Shown in pieces: positions 45,572 through 55,365 of a stretch of DNA of 64,000 nucleotides. A program made the position numbers and the translations under genes. Source of the stretch: an uncultured Candidatus Saccharibacteria bacterium (lineage in GTDB: Bacteria; Patescibacteriota; Saccharimonadia; Saccharimonadales; AWTP1-31); assembly GCA_964641545.1 (NCBI GenBank), contig CAZXLT010000001.1:84218-148217 (forward strand). The letters run 5' to 3'. Every line of letters begins with the position of its first letter. Position 1 is the first letter of the stretch. The notes beneath the pieces were generated by a model. The model saw nothing but the letters and a program-made list of their open reading frames with translations, searched no databases and was not told where the DNA came from.

Positions 45572-45850
45572 CTATTGCGCAGGATTGGTCGCAGCGTTTT
45601 TGACTTGCTGCGAAAAATCGCCTCGCAAGTCCATAATTTCGGCATGTCCCGCGATGTGGCTGCCAACTGATAATGCAAGACCAACTGCGCCAACAACTGT
45701 CGTAGGTAAATTATCAAGTATCACACCAGCGGCGCCAACTAGTAGACCTGCTGCCTCGCCTATTTTGGACCACCGTATAACACGTTCTTGTGCCGCTATT
45801 GCTAGTTGATTATGCGCGCTGGCCTCTGCAAAATTTTCTGACGTTACCAT
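45572..45850 (-). CDS. Hypothetical small membrane protein (92 aa)
   Basis: Two G/A/V-rich hydrophobic segments. An 80-aa antisense ORF also exists, so its coding status is uncertain. Confidence 0.35.
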   Translation of the reverse strand: MVTSENFAEASAHNQLAIAAQERVIRWSKIGEAAGLLVGAAGVILDNLPTTVVGAVGLALSVGSHIAGHAEIMDLRGDFSQQVKNAATNPAQ

Positions 45851-45876
45851 GTATCTACCTTTTTGATTAATACTAC

Positions 45877-45951
<75 letters not shown>

Positions 45952-46013
45952 GTAACAGATATAAATTCTAACAGATTGTAGCAATATTAAAAAGATCAAC
46001 CCAAAGGTGCGGT

Positions 46014-47057
46014 CTAGGCGAGCTCGATAAGTTCTTTGGACTCAACTGAGGGTACTTCGTCTTCCAGAACAGCTGCGCTACGACTTAGACCGAGCTGTGT
46101 GATGGTTAGGATCATAGTTTGGTAGTCTATACCGGCATTGAGCACGCAGGCCTTCGGGAATGATCCGTATCCTGAGATTAGGCTTGGGATAAGATTGGCT
46201 TCTAAAAAGTGAGGCACGCCGCGTTCATCGAGACGGATATCGATGCGCCCATAATCTTGTGCTCCAAGCGCGGTAAATACATCTAGAGCTAGTTTGGCAA
46301 CTTGTGCTTTAAGTATAGGATCGGCAACAGCGATGGCGGTTTCGGCATTTGCGGACTTCACCTGCTCGCTTAAGACACAGATACCTTTGCTGTCGGGTTG
46401 GGCGATAAGCTCAATAGGCATGGCGGTATAGGTGTCACTGATTTTATCTTTAAGAATCGCAACACTAAATTCTCTACCAGGTAGGTATTCTTCTATCAAC
46501 GAATCCGAACCATGTTCGGCTGCAATGCTTGAGACTTTGGCCTGCATTTGTGCTACTGAATGTGCAACAGAGTTGCTATCTATGCCCAGACCTCCTCCGC
46601 GATTAGTTGGCTTGATAAATACCGGAAAGCTCAAGCTTGAACTGAACAGCTTCTGCTCTCCCTGAGCAATAACACAGAACTTTGAAGTACTAAGTCCTGC
46701 CATCTGCGCTCGTTGTTTAGCAAGGGGCTTGTTCAGCTCTAATTCGTGAGCTATCGACCCGGAGCCGGTATGGGCAATTCCGTGCAGATCAAGAAAGTCC
46801 GCAATCCATATTTTGGGTGAGCCGTGGTTTGTGCTAGGTACTCGGGTTGGAATATATTTCATTCCTAGGAAGACCAAATCGGGCTTCAAGGCTAGTAAGT
46901 CGTCAAGATCTTCGGATGTGTTAACCGTCGAAACGCCGACAGAAGCATAGTGTTGTGACAACAAGGTGACGATGGCATCGCAAGACTCGAGGCTAAGCGA
47001 GCTCAACCACACAACAGATGAGCGAACAATTTCAATATGTTTTTGAATTTTTTTCAT
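46014..47057 (-). CDS. ATP-grasp ligase of the D-alanine--D-alanine ligase family (divergent N-domain)
   Basis: Colinear with DdlB: GIAHTGSGSIAHELELNK, PVFIKPTNRGGGLGI, IEEYLPGREFSVAIL, GRIDIRLDERGVPHFLEANLIPSL. The HGxxGEDG motif of canonical Ddl is absent. Confidence 0.7.
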   Translation of the reverse strand: MKKIQKHIEIVRSSVVWLSSLSLESCDAIVTLLSQHYASVGVSTVNTSEDLDDLLALKPDLVFLGMKYIPTRVPSTNHGSPKIWIADFLDLHGIAHTGSGSIAHELELNKPLAKQRAQMAGLSTSKFCVIAQGEQKLFSSSLSFPVFIKPTNRGGGLGIDSNSVAHSVAQMQAKVSSIAAEHGSDSLIEEYLPGREFSVAILKDKISDTYTAMPIELIAQPDSKGICVLSEQVKSANAETAIAVADPILKAQVAKLALDVFTALGAQDYGRIDIRLDERGVPHFLEANLIPSLISGYGSFPKACVLNAGIDYQTMILTITQLGLSRSAAVLEDEVPSVESKELIELA

Positions 47058-47309
47058 GCAATCCAGTCCAGGATGTTCGTAAGTACGGACAGCCCCGATT
47101 ACTTAATATCGCTTGCGCTAGTATCAACGGACCGGAATGATAGTTTGCCCTGTGTGAGCTACATAAGACTACGGAAAGTCAAGAGAACCACTTGCTTACG
47201 CCAAGTATACCATGGTTTATGAATTTTTGCTACCATGACCGGAATAGCAGAAAAGCCTGCTGAGGCGTGGAAAATATAAAACACCCACTATAATGGGCAT
47301 TTTATTATA

Positions 47310-47395
47310 TGGTGCAGGGGGAGGGATTCGAACCCCCGAAGGCGAATGCCAGCAGATTTACAGTCTGCCGTGTTTGACCGCTTCACTACCCCTGC
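47310..47395 (-). tRNA. tRNA-Tyr (anticodon GUA), long variable arm, CCA encoded
   Basis: GCAGGGG/CCCCTGC acceptor, GCAGA-CTGTAAA-TCTGC anticodon arm, 14-nt variable arm, GGGGG-TTCGAAT-CCCTC T arm. Confidence 0.9.
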
Positions 47396-47402
47396 GAATT
47401 AC

Positions 47403-47479
47403 TGGAGCCACCTGTCGGATTCGAACCGACGACCCCCTGTTTACAAAACAGGTGCTCTAACCAGCTGAGCTAAGGTGGC
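47403..47479 (-). tRNA. tRNA-Thr (anticodon UGU), CCA encoded
   Basis: GCCACCT/AGGTGGC acceptor, CCTGT-TTTGTAA-ACAGG anticodon arm, GTCGG-TTCGAAT-CCGAC T arm. Confidence 0.9.
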
Positions 47480-47514
47480 ACAAATTTAACCTGAATAGTG
47501 TACCAAAACAGGGG

Positions 47515-48168
47515 TTAAACTACAACCCGTCGAGGGCGAACTACTTTTTTGGGACGTCCTGCTGGTACTATGAGTTTCTTTAGGCGTTCTTCAACCTGAT
47601 CCGCTTCGGCAGCCATGTCGTTCTCGGCGTAAGCTTTTTGTAGCAAGTGGTATGTTTCTTTGTTTGGTTCGAGCTCAGCCGCGCGCTCTAGTTCTTGAAT
47701 GACGAGCTTGTTATTGCCGAGCTTTTCTTGAACTTTGGCGTATGCAATGTGGCGAGCAGCTAATTCGTCTTCGAGTTTGAGCGCCTGTTCAAACGCTATT
47801 GCTGCTTTTTCATAGTTTTCTGTTTCATAATAAATGAGCCCCAAGTTATGGAGACTCGAAGGTGTTGATTCGATACTGCTGGCGATCTCGAAACAATCGA
47901 TCGCATCTTTGTATTCTTTTTGTTTTGCATACAATATTCCGAGACGGTTGTAGGCGGCTGCATTTTTTTGATCGATTTTGAGGATTGTCAGTAGTGCTTT
48001 TTCAGCTCGAAGGAAACGGTTTTCGCGCATGCCTTGGTGCGCTATATCCCAAAGTCGCCCTACTTTGTCGCTGATTTTACGCGGGAATTCGCCTAACTCG
48101 TCGTCGCGAATGTGGCTACCGCGAATCGCTAAAACACCGAACCCAAGAACTAAAACAAGTTCAAACAT
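47515..48168 (-). CDS. TPR-repeat protein with N-terminal membrane anchor
   Basis: Repeated AxxxLGxxYxxxxxYxxAIxxFxxAL-type 34-mers (e.g. AAAYNRLGILYAKQKEYKDAIDCFEIA). N-terminal segment MFELVLVLGFGVLAI. Confidence 0.75.
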   Translation of the reverse strand: MFELVLVLGFGVLAIRGSHIRDDELGEFPRKISDKVGRLWDIAHQGMRENRFLRAEKALLTILKIDQKNAAAYNRLGILYAKQKEYKDAIDCFEIASSIESTPSSLHNLGLIYYETENYEKAAIAFEQALKLEDELAARHIAYAKVQEKLGNNKLVIQELERAAELEPNKETYHLLQKAYAENDMAAEADQVEERLKKLIVPAGRPKKVVRPRRVVV

Positions 48169-48196
48169 TGTTCACTAAGTATAACACGGTTGTATC

Positions 48197-49072
48197 TTAG
48201 ATGTGCAGCGCAAGGTTGGTTACTACAAGCTTAGGTGAAGCGTTTTGGTCGATTTGTTTTTGTGCTTCGACAATGTATTTTGAAACAGAATGCCACTGTT
48301 TCACCTTTTTCGTGTCATTCATTGCTGATGGGTTATGAAGTGCTGCCTGGGCAACTTTTTGAAGCCCAGTTAGGAAAACGGTAACTGTTTCGCGTTGCTT
48401 GCCAATTACTTCAATACTGGCAAGGCGTTCGAACTTTGAGGCTGATAAAAATGACTTGGCCGTAGCTATTGCTTCAGTTAAAGGGTGAACTTCCTTGCCA
48501 CCTAACAGATCTGTCATTAACCCAGGCAAGCCGTTGCTTAAAAGAAAGGCTTTTGTAATTTCAGTCTGGGAATGCCCTAACCTTGCGAAGTGACCGGCCA
48601 AAACATCTTGCTCAATCGGATGCAACACCAGTTTTCGTGTCCGAGACTGAACAGTTTGTAATAAGCCATGCTCACTCTTCGCTGTGAGTATAAAAACCGT
48701 GTCGGCGGGTGGTTCCTCTAGGGACTTCAGTAGCGCGTTTTGTGCTTCTGTTGTCATGGCGTCGGCATCAGAAATGATCACGACTCGCGTAATTGTTTTT
48801 TTTGGTGCGCTTTTTGTGGGCACCTTAAGTTGTAAGAATGTTCTAATTTCCCTAACACTGGCAACAGAAATGCTTCCTTCGGTCGGAGCAATGCTCAATA
48901 TGTATGGGTGATTATGCGGGGTTAGGTCGGTTTGCAGTAACTGCGTTGCAACATACTGTGCAACAGTACGCTTCCCAGCTCCTTCTTCACCCACAATGAG
49001 CAGCGCGTGAATAGGCTGATTTAGAAATTGAGCAATTTGTTTTTCTGTTTGCGGGTTCAGTAGTGGTTTCAT
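48197..49072 (-). CDS. holB: DNA polymerase III delta-prime subunit
   Basis: HALLIVGEEGAGKRTVA, ALLKSLEEPP, and SRTRKL, giving a clamp-loader AAA+ pattern. Confidence 0.8.
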   Translation of the reverse strand: MKPLLNPQTEKQIAQFLNQPIHALLIVGEEGAGKRTVAQYVATQLLQTDLTPHNHPYILSIAPTEGSISVASVREIRTFLQLKVPTKSAPKKTITRVVIISDADAMTTEAQNALLKSLEEPPADTVFILTAKSEHGLLQTVQSRTRKLVLHPIEQDVLAGHFARLGHSQTEITKAFLLSNGLPGLMTDLLGGKEVHPLTEAIATAKSFLSASKFERLASIEVIGKQRETVTVFLTGLQKVAQAALHNPSAMNDTKKVKQWHSVSKYIVEAQKQIDQNASPKLVVTNLALHI

Positions 49073-49926
49073 ATCGTATGTACCATTTCGTTGAAAGATT
49101 TTGGTAGATCGCTTGTAAAAACTTTTCGTTCTTTGCTTGGTAATGTAATTTCCAGTGAACGTGCGTGTAAGTAAACGCGTTTGCCGGGTTTTGCACCGTA
49201 CAAAACGTCACCAAGAATCGGATGCTTGAGATACGACATGTGGACTCTTAGTTGGTGTGTTCTGCCGGTTTTTGGCTGCAGCTCTACAAGACTATGCGTG
49301 TTGTTTGATTCTAGGATTCGGTAGGATGTTTGAGCTGGTTTTCCATTTGCCCCTACTCTGAACGTTTGGGGTTTCTTTGGGTTACGCTCAATTGGCATGT
49401 CTATTATTGCCTCAGTAGGATCGGGCCTGCCTTCAACTATCGCTAGGTAGGTTTTTGTGGTCTTTCGCTCTGAAAATTGTTTTTGCAGCCAACTCATTGC
49501 CTCAGGAGTTTTAGCACAAATCATTACGCCAGAGGTAATTCGGTCTAAACGATGAACAATGCCTCCGCGCGCGCCATCAAGATCATGTAGTTTTGAAGCG
49601 ACGAATGTTGCTACGGTAGCTTCTGGGTTAAAAGCTCCTTTGCTGTGTGTCAGTAAACCGGCTGGTTTTTCGACCACAATACAGTCGGCATCTTCGTATA
49701 GTATGGGCAGGGCTATATCAGGAATTGCTGTCTGCTTTGCCAGTTCAAAATCTATAGTCACTACATCATCGGGTTTAAGTTTAGTAGATGTCTTGGTGAC
49801 TACTGTATCATTGACAGAAACTTTTCCCTGCTCGACTAGCGAATTGCTAAGTGATCGACTAATACCGGCATTTTTGGCTACAAATAGATCGATTCTGGTT
49901 TCGGCTTCTGCAATAAGGTGCATCAT
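49069..49926 (-). CDS. rluD: RluA-family pseudouridine synthase (RluD-like) with S4 domain
   Basis: S4-like N-terminus, catalytic HRLDRITSGVMICAKT, and GRTHQLRVH. Confidence 0.85.
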   Translation of the reverse strand: MMHLIAEAETRIDLFVAKNAGISRSLSNSLVEQGKVSVNDTVVTKTSTKLKPDDVVTIDFELAKQTAIPDIALPILYEDADCIVVEKPAGLLTHSKGAFNPEATVATFVASKLHDLDGARGGIVHRLDRITSGVMICAKTPEAMSWLQKQFSERKTTKTYLAIVEGRPDPTEAIIDMPIERNPKKPQTFRVGANGKPAQTSYRILESNNTHSLVELQPKTGRTHQLRVHMSYLKHPILGDVLYGAKPGKRVYLHARSLEITLPSKERKVFTSDLPKSFNEMVHTI

Positions 49927-51065
49927 TATTGTCTTAGGCCGACCGCTTTTTGTACCCGCAGCAATGTTTCGTTAGCCGTTTTGTTCATGGCTTCTTCTGA
50001 GCTTGTAAGTTTAGCCAGTAACGCAGATTCGTCCACACCTGCTAATTTTGCTTGAAAGTTTGTTAAAAAGGTCGAAACAGCGTCTGCAACGGCTTTTTTA
50101 AGGGGTCCGTACTGTGTTTGTCCCTTATATTCTGCGATGACCTCTTGCAGGTCGCAGTCCGTCAGGATTGCAAGTAGGTCGAGTAGATTACTAATGCCCG
50201 GTTGATTGTCGTAGTCGTATTGAATGTTTTCAAGGCTGTCTGTGGTGGCACTCATCACCTTTTTAGCGGCTACTTCTGGTGTGTCTCCTAGGAAGATAAT
50301 GCCTTTGCCCGATTCGTCGCTTTTGCTCATCTTCTTTTCAGGCTTTTGCAGGTCACGAATACGGAGACGCTCGGTTTGGTTAGTAAAGGCAATCTGCTCT
50401 TTTTCGGCTTCCGGTAGTGTAAATAGGTCACCGAACTTATTGTTCATGCGAATGGCAATGTCGCGTGCAAGTTCGACGTGCTGTGTTTGGTCGGCACCAA
50501 CCGGTACGTATGTAGCGTTATATAACAAAATATCCGAAGTCATAAGGACTGGATAATCGAAAAGCCCTACGCTTATTTGCCTATTTTGACTTCGAAAAAT
50601 TGCTAAATTTGTTTTTGCTTTCTCAATTCTTCCAGGAGTAAAGCCATACTTCTGAGTGACTTCTTCGTCTACTGCTAGCAATTCTTCAACTGTGTCTTCA
50701 ATTAGCGCCTTTTCTTTAAATTGTGTCATGCGACTCAATTCGCCCATATAGGTGAAGCAGTTAAGAATGACGGTCAGCTCGCTGTGTGCAGGCACAAAAC
50801 TTTGGCGATAAATAAATGTATCTGGGTTAGCGATGTCGAGTCCGGCGGCCATAAATAGACGAATGTTATGCAGGCTCTGTTCATATAGTTTGCTGTGATC
50901 AATAGGGGTTGTAAAACTATGGAGGTCCGGTACGAATAGGTTTATTTGATACTCGCCGGCATACTTTTGCTGCATTTTGACCATAGGAAGCAAGGCCCCC
51001 AGGTAATTTCCGAGGTGCAGATCGTTGTTGGCACGAATGCCGGTCAGTATTACTTGTTTTCCCAT
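49926..51065 (-). CDS. trpS: Tryptophan--tRNA ligase (about 45 aa longer than typical bacterial TrpRS)
   Basis: TGIRANNDLHLGNYLGA (HIGH-type), KMSKS, and GADQTQHVELARDIA. Confidence 0.95.
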   Translation of the reverse strand: MGKQVILTGIRANNDLHLGNYLGALLPMVKMQQKYAGEYQINLFVPDLHSFTTPIDHSKLYEQSLHNIRLFMAAGLDIANPDTFIYRQSFVPAHSELTVILNCFTYMGELSRMTQFKEKALIEDTVEELLAVDEEVTQKYGFTPGRIEKAKTNLAIFRSQNRQISVGLFDYPVLMTSDILLYNATYVPVGADQTQHVELARDIAIRMNNKFGDLFTLPEAEKEQIAFTNQTERLRIRDLQKPEKKMSKSDESGKGIIFLGDTPEVAAKKVMSATTDSLENIQYDYDNQPGISNLLDLLAILTDCDLQEVIAEYKGQTQYGPLKKAVADAVSTFLTNFQAKLAGVDESALLAKLTSSEEAMNKTANETLLRVQKAVGLRQ

Positions 51066-51195
51066 TCTTATACTCTATTATAGCTTATTTTCTACTCATA
51101 GGGTTTATTGTGTGGGATGGTCTGGTGGTTCGTATGCTTCGCCCCTGAGTCGCGAAACAGCGACTCGATCCGGGTCTTATCCATGGCAAATGTGC

Positions 51196-51444
51196 TTAGT
51201 ATGCGCCGATGTTCTTTGCTGGGGTTGTCGGCAAGGTAGCGGGTCGGCTATTTGCAGTACGCAGTTCGTAGAGTGCCGCCTGAGCTATTGGGTCGGACAA
51301 GTCAAGCTCGGTTGCCAGAACTGCAAGTTCAACGCAAAAGTCGACTGCCGAACGACGGTCGTCTGGACCCATTTCAATTCCGTGTGCAGCCATAAATCTC
51401 TGCGCAGTTTGTTGCTCGGTTGGGTTTGGTTGCAGCTGGTTCAT
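51196..51444 (-). CDS. Hypothetical small protein (82 aa) between rpsI and trpS
   Basis: GC-rich ORF in the same orientation as its neighbours. No motif. Coding status uncertain. Confidence 0.35.
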   Translation of the reverse strand: MNQLQPNPTEQQTAQRFMAAHGIEMGPDDRRSAVDFCVELAVLATELDLSDPIAQAALYELRTANSRPATLPTTPAKNIGAY

Positions 51445-51455
51445 GATTGCAATAC

Positions 51456-51854
51456 CTAACGTTTGGTGAACTGGCGTTGTTTGCGTGCGCCCTTAAGACC
51501 AAATTTCTTACGCTCTTTTTCGCGTGGATCACGACCGAGCTGGTCAGCACGTTTAAGGGTGCTCTTAAGGTCTTCGTTCATGACAGTTAGGGCCTTGGCA
51601 ATAGCTAGTCGAATTGCATCGGCTTGACCGGTGTGCCCGCCGCCTTGTACGACAACACTCACGTCAAACTTGTTGTTTTGCTCAACAACTGTAAACGGCT
51701 GATCCAGGACTTTAAGAATGTGTTTACTGCCCGCAAAGTATTCTTCGGCAGGTTTGTCATTAATGACAATTTTTCCGGTCCCATTAGTCAATCGAACACG
51801 GGCTGTAGAGCTTTTGCGTCGACCAAGTGCATAATTGTAGTGTTTGGTGGCCAC
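51456..51854 (-). CDS. rpsI: 30S ribosomal protein S9
   Basis: GRRKSSTARVRL ... GGGHTGQADAIRLAIAKAL ... C-terminal KRQFTKR. Confidence 0.95.
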   Translation of the reverse strand: MATKHYNYALGRRKSSTARVRLTNGTGKIVINDKPAEEYFAGSKHILKVLDQPFTVVEQNNKFDVSVVVQGGGHTGQADAIRLAIAKALTVMNEDLKSTLKRADQLGRDPREKERKKFGLKGARKQRQFTKR

Positions 51855-52294
51855 TATTTCGTACCTTTCAGGTTTAGGGTTTCTGGTTGCTGTGCAGTGT
51901 GGTTGTGCTCACTGCTGGGGTAAATCTTTAATCGATCTAAGCGACCTGGGCGCAGTTTGTTAACTGGAAGCATGCCACGAACAGCTTGAAAAACCACATC
52001 GGTTGAATCTTTATTCATTTTTTCACTTAATGTAGCGGTTTTTAAACCACCAGGATATGGGGTGTGGTGCTGGTATAGTTTATCGGTAGTCTTTTTTCCA
52101 GTAACCTGGAGTGAATCAGAATTAATAACTACCACATAGTCGCCACCATCAACGTGTGAGGTAACGCTGGGCTTGCCCTTACCGATAAGCAGGCTTGCGA
52201 TTACGGTAGCAAGGCGGCCGAGCGGAGCTTCTGAGGCGTCAATAACATACCACTTCCGGGTAACTTCGCTTGGTTTTTGACTATAGGTCTTCAC
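51854..52294 (-). CDS. rplM: 50S ribosomal protein L13
   Basis: RKWYVIDASEAPLGRLAT ... YQHHTPYPGGLK. Confidence 0.95.
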   Translation of the reverse strand: MKTYSQKPSEVTRKWYVIDASEAPLGRLATVIASLLIGKGKPSVTSHVDGGDYVVVINSDSLQVTGKKTTDKLYQHHTPYPGGLKTATLSEKMNKDSTDVVFQAVRGMLPVNKLRPGRLDRLKIYPSSEHNHTAQQPETLNLKGTK

Positions 52295-52782
52295 TATTTT
52301 GCCTCTTTCTTAGCAACTACTTTTTTGGGAGTCGCTTTCTTAGTTGTGGATGTACTGGTTGATTTGTTGACCTTTTCGGCTTTAGTTTCTGCTTTGGCGC
52401 TCTTTGCAACTGGCGCTGCTTTAAGGTCGTCTACAAAACTTACTTGAGCGAGCTCGGCGTTATCGCCCCTGCGAACACCTTGACGTGCGATACGTACGTG
52501 ACCGCTTGTGCGTCCAGATAATTTAGGTGCAATTTCATCTACTAACTTGTGCGCGTTGGCTACAGTTTGCATACCAGCAATCACTTGTCGGCGGCTATGC
52601 AAGCTACCGGCTTTAGCCTTGGTAATAAGCTTTTCAATATAGGGAACAAGCTCTTTCGCTTTTGGTAGGGTTGTGACGATTTTTTCGTCACGCACCAACG
52701 ATTCAGCAAGGCTTTTCAGCAAAGCTGCCCGTTGATCTCGTTCACGGCCGAATTTGCGACCTTTATACCCGTGACGGTGCAT
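52294..52782 (-). CDS. rplQ: 50S ribosomal protein L17 with K/A/T-rich C-terminal extension
   Basis: MHRHGYKGRKFGRERDQRAALLKSLA. Follows rpoA. Confidence 0.95.
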   Translation of the reverse strand: MHRHGYKGRKFGRERDQRAALLKSLAESLVRDEKIVTTLPKAKELVPYIEKLITKAKAGSLHSRRQVIAGMQTVANAHKLVDEIAPKLSGRTSGHVRIARQGVRRGDNAELAQVSFVDDLKAAPVAKSAKAETKAEKVNKSTSTSTTKKATPKKVVAKKEAK

Positions 52783-53724
52783 TTACAGCTCCAACTCCGC
52801 TAACTTCTCTTTAACTTCATCAAGTGCCTTGCTTCCAAAGCCCTTCAAATCACGAAGCTCTCCATCGCTCAGGCTAAATAGATCTTTGAGCGTGTGAATT
52901 TCATTATTAATAAGCGCATTAGTAGTTCGGGCAGACAGATTCATATCTTCAATAGATGTCATGAGTTCGGTTGGCTCGTCGCCTTCGCCTGCACCCGCAG
53001 CTTCGCTGCTTGCGCTAACTGGAGCAGGAGCTTCAACGCGAGTTTGTCCAGCCAGTGCTGTGTATTGGTTCACTAGAATAGCTGCAGCCTCTTCAAACGC
53101 GTCACGAGGCGTGATTGAGCCATCGGTGTCAATGGTGATGAGCAGTTTATCAAGGTCGGTCATTTGGCCGACGCGAGTGTTCTCTACCTTGTAACGAACG
53201 CGTAATACTGGGGTGAATACTGCATCAAGGGCAATCATGTCACTATGCTTTTTCTTAGCACCTTCTTCGATGGTGTGATAGCCTCGACCAGTCTCAACTA
53301 CTAAGTCAAGCACGAGCTTGCCTTTTGCATCGTCGATAGTTGCAATTACTTGTTCTGGGTTAACGACTTCAACGTTGGCATTGGTGGTAATGTCTTTTCC
53401 GGTTACAACGCCAGAACCACTCTTGGTCAGACGTAATGTTTGTGGCTCGTCGCTAAAGACACGGAAGCGAAGGCCTTTTAGGTTCAGCATGATGTCGACA
53501 ACGTCTTCTTTAATACCTTTTAGCGTGGTGAATTCGTGTGTTGCACCTTCTACCTTAAACGAAGTTACGGCAGCACCAGCAATGCTGGAAAGGAGCACGC
53601 GGCGCAAGCTGTTCCCGAGTGTCATACCGTAGCCAGTGTGAAGTGGCTCAACGGTAAACGTTGCCGATTTTTTACTGTGGTCCTCGATGTTGACGAGGGC
53701 TGGTGTGTGAATATGCTTTGACAT
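52783..53724 (-). CDS. rpoA: DNA-directed RNA polymerase subunit alpha
   Basis: GMTLGNSLRRVLLSSIAGAAVT and C-terminal domain LSARTTNALINNEIHTLKDL. Confidence 0.95.
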   Translation of the reverse strand: MSKHIHTPALVNIEDHSKKSATFTVEPLHTGYGMTLGNSLRRVLLSSIAGAAVTSFKVEGATHEFTTLKGIKEDVVDIMLNLKGLRFRVFSDEPQTLRLTKSGSGVVTGKDITTNANVEVVNPEQVIATIDDAKGKLVLDLVVETGRGYHTIEEGAKKKHSDMIALDAVFTPVLRVRYKVENTRVGQMTDLDKLLITIDTDGSITPRDAFEEAAAILVNQYTALAGQTRVEAPAPVSASSEAAGAGEGDEPTELMTSIEDMNLSARTTNALINNEIHTLKDLFSLSDGELRDLKGFGSKALDEVKEKLAELEL

Positions 53725-53738
53725 GCTTGAATCCTTCC

Positions 53739-54359
53739 TTAGCGTGAATAATATTCAACAATTAGTTGCTCTTTAATTTCAGGTTCAGCATCGTCACGCA
53801 TTGGCGCGCCGGTTACTGATACTTCAAATTTCTTGCGATTTACCTTAAGCCAAGCAGGTATCTGGTCGTTGCCGGCTGGACTGACGTCATCGATGCGCTT
53901 GAAATACTCGTTTTTTTGGCTCGCAGGTCGGAGCTCAATCTTGTCACCGTTTGAAACGCGAATTGAAGGAATGTCAACTCGGCGTCCATTAAGTACAAAG
54001 TGTCCATGTGTTACTAATTGTCGAGCTGCTCGACGACTTACTGCAAAACCGGCACGATAGACAACATTATCAAGTCGTTGCTCGAGGAACCGTAGTAAAA
54101 TCTCGCCAGATTGACCTTCTTTGCGACTTGCCTCTTTCATGAGGTTAGAAAACTGTTTTTCCAAAAGTCCATACAATCTTTTAACTTTTTGCTTTTCACG
54201 TAGTTGCAGGTTGTATTGACTTGGTTTGTTGCGCGGGTTAAAGCCTGCTGCCTTGCCAGGCATAGATGTTCGCTTCATTAATGCTTTGTGAGCTTTAGGG
54301 TGGAGAGCATAGCCGTCGCGGCGACTCATTTTTACAATCGATTGTCGATCTCTAGCCAT
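53739..54359 (-). CDS. rpsD: 30S ribosomal protein S4
   Basis: YNLQLREKQKVKRLYG ... RLDNVVYRAGFAVSRRAARQLVTHGH. Confidence 0.95.
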   Translation of the reverse strand: MARDRQSIVKMSRRDGYALHPKAHKALMKRTSMPGKAAGFNPRNKPSQYNLQLREKQKVKRLYGLLEKQFSNLMKEASRKEGQSGEILLRFLEQRLDNVVYRAGFAVSRRAARQLVTHGHFVLNGRRVDIPSIRVSNGDKIELRPASQKNEYFKRIDDVSPAGNDQIPAWLKVNRKKFEVSVTGAPMRDDAEPEIKEQLIVEYYSR

Positions 54360-54361
54360 GG

Positions 54362-54790
54362 TTAGATCCTCCGCGCTTTCTTAGGTCGTACGCCGCCGTG
54401 TGCCACGCCAGTGACATCACGAATGCTTTCAGCTTGCATGCCAAGTGTTGACAGTGTACGAATTGCTGCATCGCGGCCCAGGCCAATACCCTTTACAAAA
54501 ACCTCAACCTTGCTTAAACCGTAATTCTGACGTGCAATCTGACCAGCTTTTTCAGCAGCGATCTGGGCTGCGTAGGCAGTCCCCTTCTTGGATCCACGAA
54601 AGCCGCACGCACCTGCGCTCGAAGCAGCCAGTGCGCCACCCTTGCTGTCAGTGAAGGTGATAATAGTATTGTTAAAACTTGCATAAATGTGAACTTGGCC
54701 AGTTGGTACGGAGCGCTTCACCTTTTTCTTTTTAGGTGCTGCTACAGCCGTTGGTTCTGTTGTTGCTGGTTTAGTTGATTCTTCTGCCAT
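54362..54790 (-). CDS. rpsK: 30S ribosomal protein S11
   Basis: GQVHIYASFNNTIITFTD ... FRGSKKGTAYAAQ ... VTGVAHGGVRPKK. Confidence 0.95.
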   Translation of the reverse strand: MAEESTKPATTEPTAVAAPKKKKVKRSVPTGQVHIYASFNNTIITFTDSKGGALAASSAGACGFRGSKKGTAYAAQIAAEKAGQIARQNYGLSKVEVFVKGIGLGRDAAIRTLSTLGMQAESIRDVTGVAHGGVRPKKARRI

Positions 54791-54813
54791 AATTAACCTC
54801 TTGTCGCAGTTTC

Positions 54814-55200
54814 CTACGTCTTAGCCGCTACTTTCTTAGCGGTACCGCCCACAGTTACTTTCTTGCCTCGTCGGGTTCGTGCGTTAGTTTTGGTTCGCTG
54901 TCCACGGCTCGGTAGATTGGCTTGGTGTCGTAATCCACGGTATGCTTTGATGTCTTTCAGTCGTTTAATGTTTGTGGTGACAACTCTCTGCAGTTCGCCC
55001 TCAACAACGTGTTTTTCATTGATAATATCTTGTATCCGGCTAACTTCTGCATCGGTGAGATTTTTAACTCGAACGGTCACATCAACTTTTGCAGCAGTCA
55101 AAATATCACCGCTAGTTTTTGGTCCAATGCCATAGACATACGTCAAGGCAGTCCCAATTTGTTTTTCAGAAGGAATAGTTACACCAGAAATACGTGCCAT
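54814..55200 (-). CDS. rpsM: 30S ribosomal protein S13
   Basis: MARISGVTIPSEKQIGTALTYVYGIG ... YRGLRH. Confidence 0.95.
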   Translation of the reverse strand: MARISGVTIPSEKQIGTALTYVYGIGPKTSGDILTAAKVDVTVRVKNLTDAEVSRIQDIINEKHVVEGELQRVVTTNIKRLKDIKAYRGLRHQANLPSRGQRTKTNARTRRGKKVTVGGTAKKVAAKT

Positions 55201-55203
55201 AAA

Positions 55204-55320
55204 TTACCCTTGCCTCTGCTTATGCTTTGGTTTAAGTTTGTTAATAACATAGACGCGTCCTTTGCGGCGGACGATTTTGTCATCTGGACTGATCTTTTTG
55301 ACACTTGCACGCACTTTCAT
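55204..55320 (-). CDS. rpmJ: 50S ribosomal protein L36 (38 aa; below the ORF-track cutoff)
   Basis: Manual translation gives [38 protein letters not shown], ending in a stop codon. Lies in the canonical infA-rpmJ-rpsM position. This is the non-zinc (Cys-less) form. Confidence 0.9.
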   Translation of the reverse strand: MKVRASVKKISPDDKIVRRKGRVYVINKLKPKHKQRQG

Positions 55321-55365
55321 GCGGATTATGTTCCTTTCTGGAATGCATAACACACTGCTTAAGGT

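Noticed and set aside
47058-47309. A 250-nt intergenic region has two GACCGGAAT copies and an AGCAG...CTGCT hairpin. I considered it as a possible SRP (4.5S) RNA or other ncRNA.
   Set aside because: The helix-8 pairing required around the GGAA tetraloop (GUCC/GGAC plus the AGCA loop) cannot be formed. I could not build a convincing conserved structure. It is more likely the promoter and leader of the ATP-grasp gene plus a weak tRNA-Tyr terminator.
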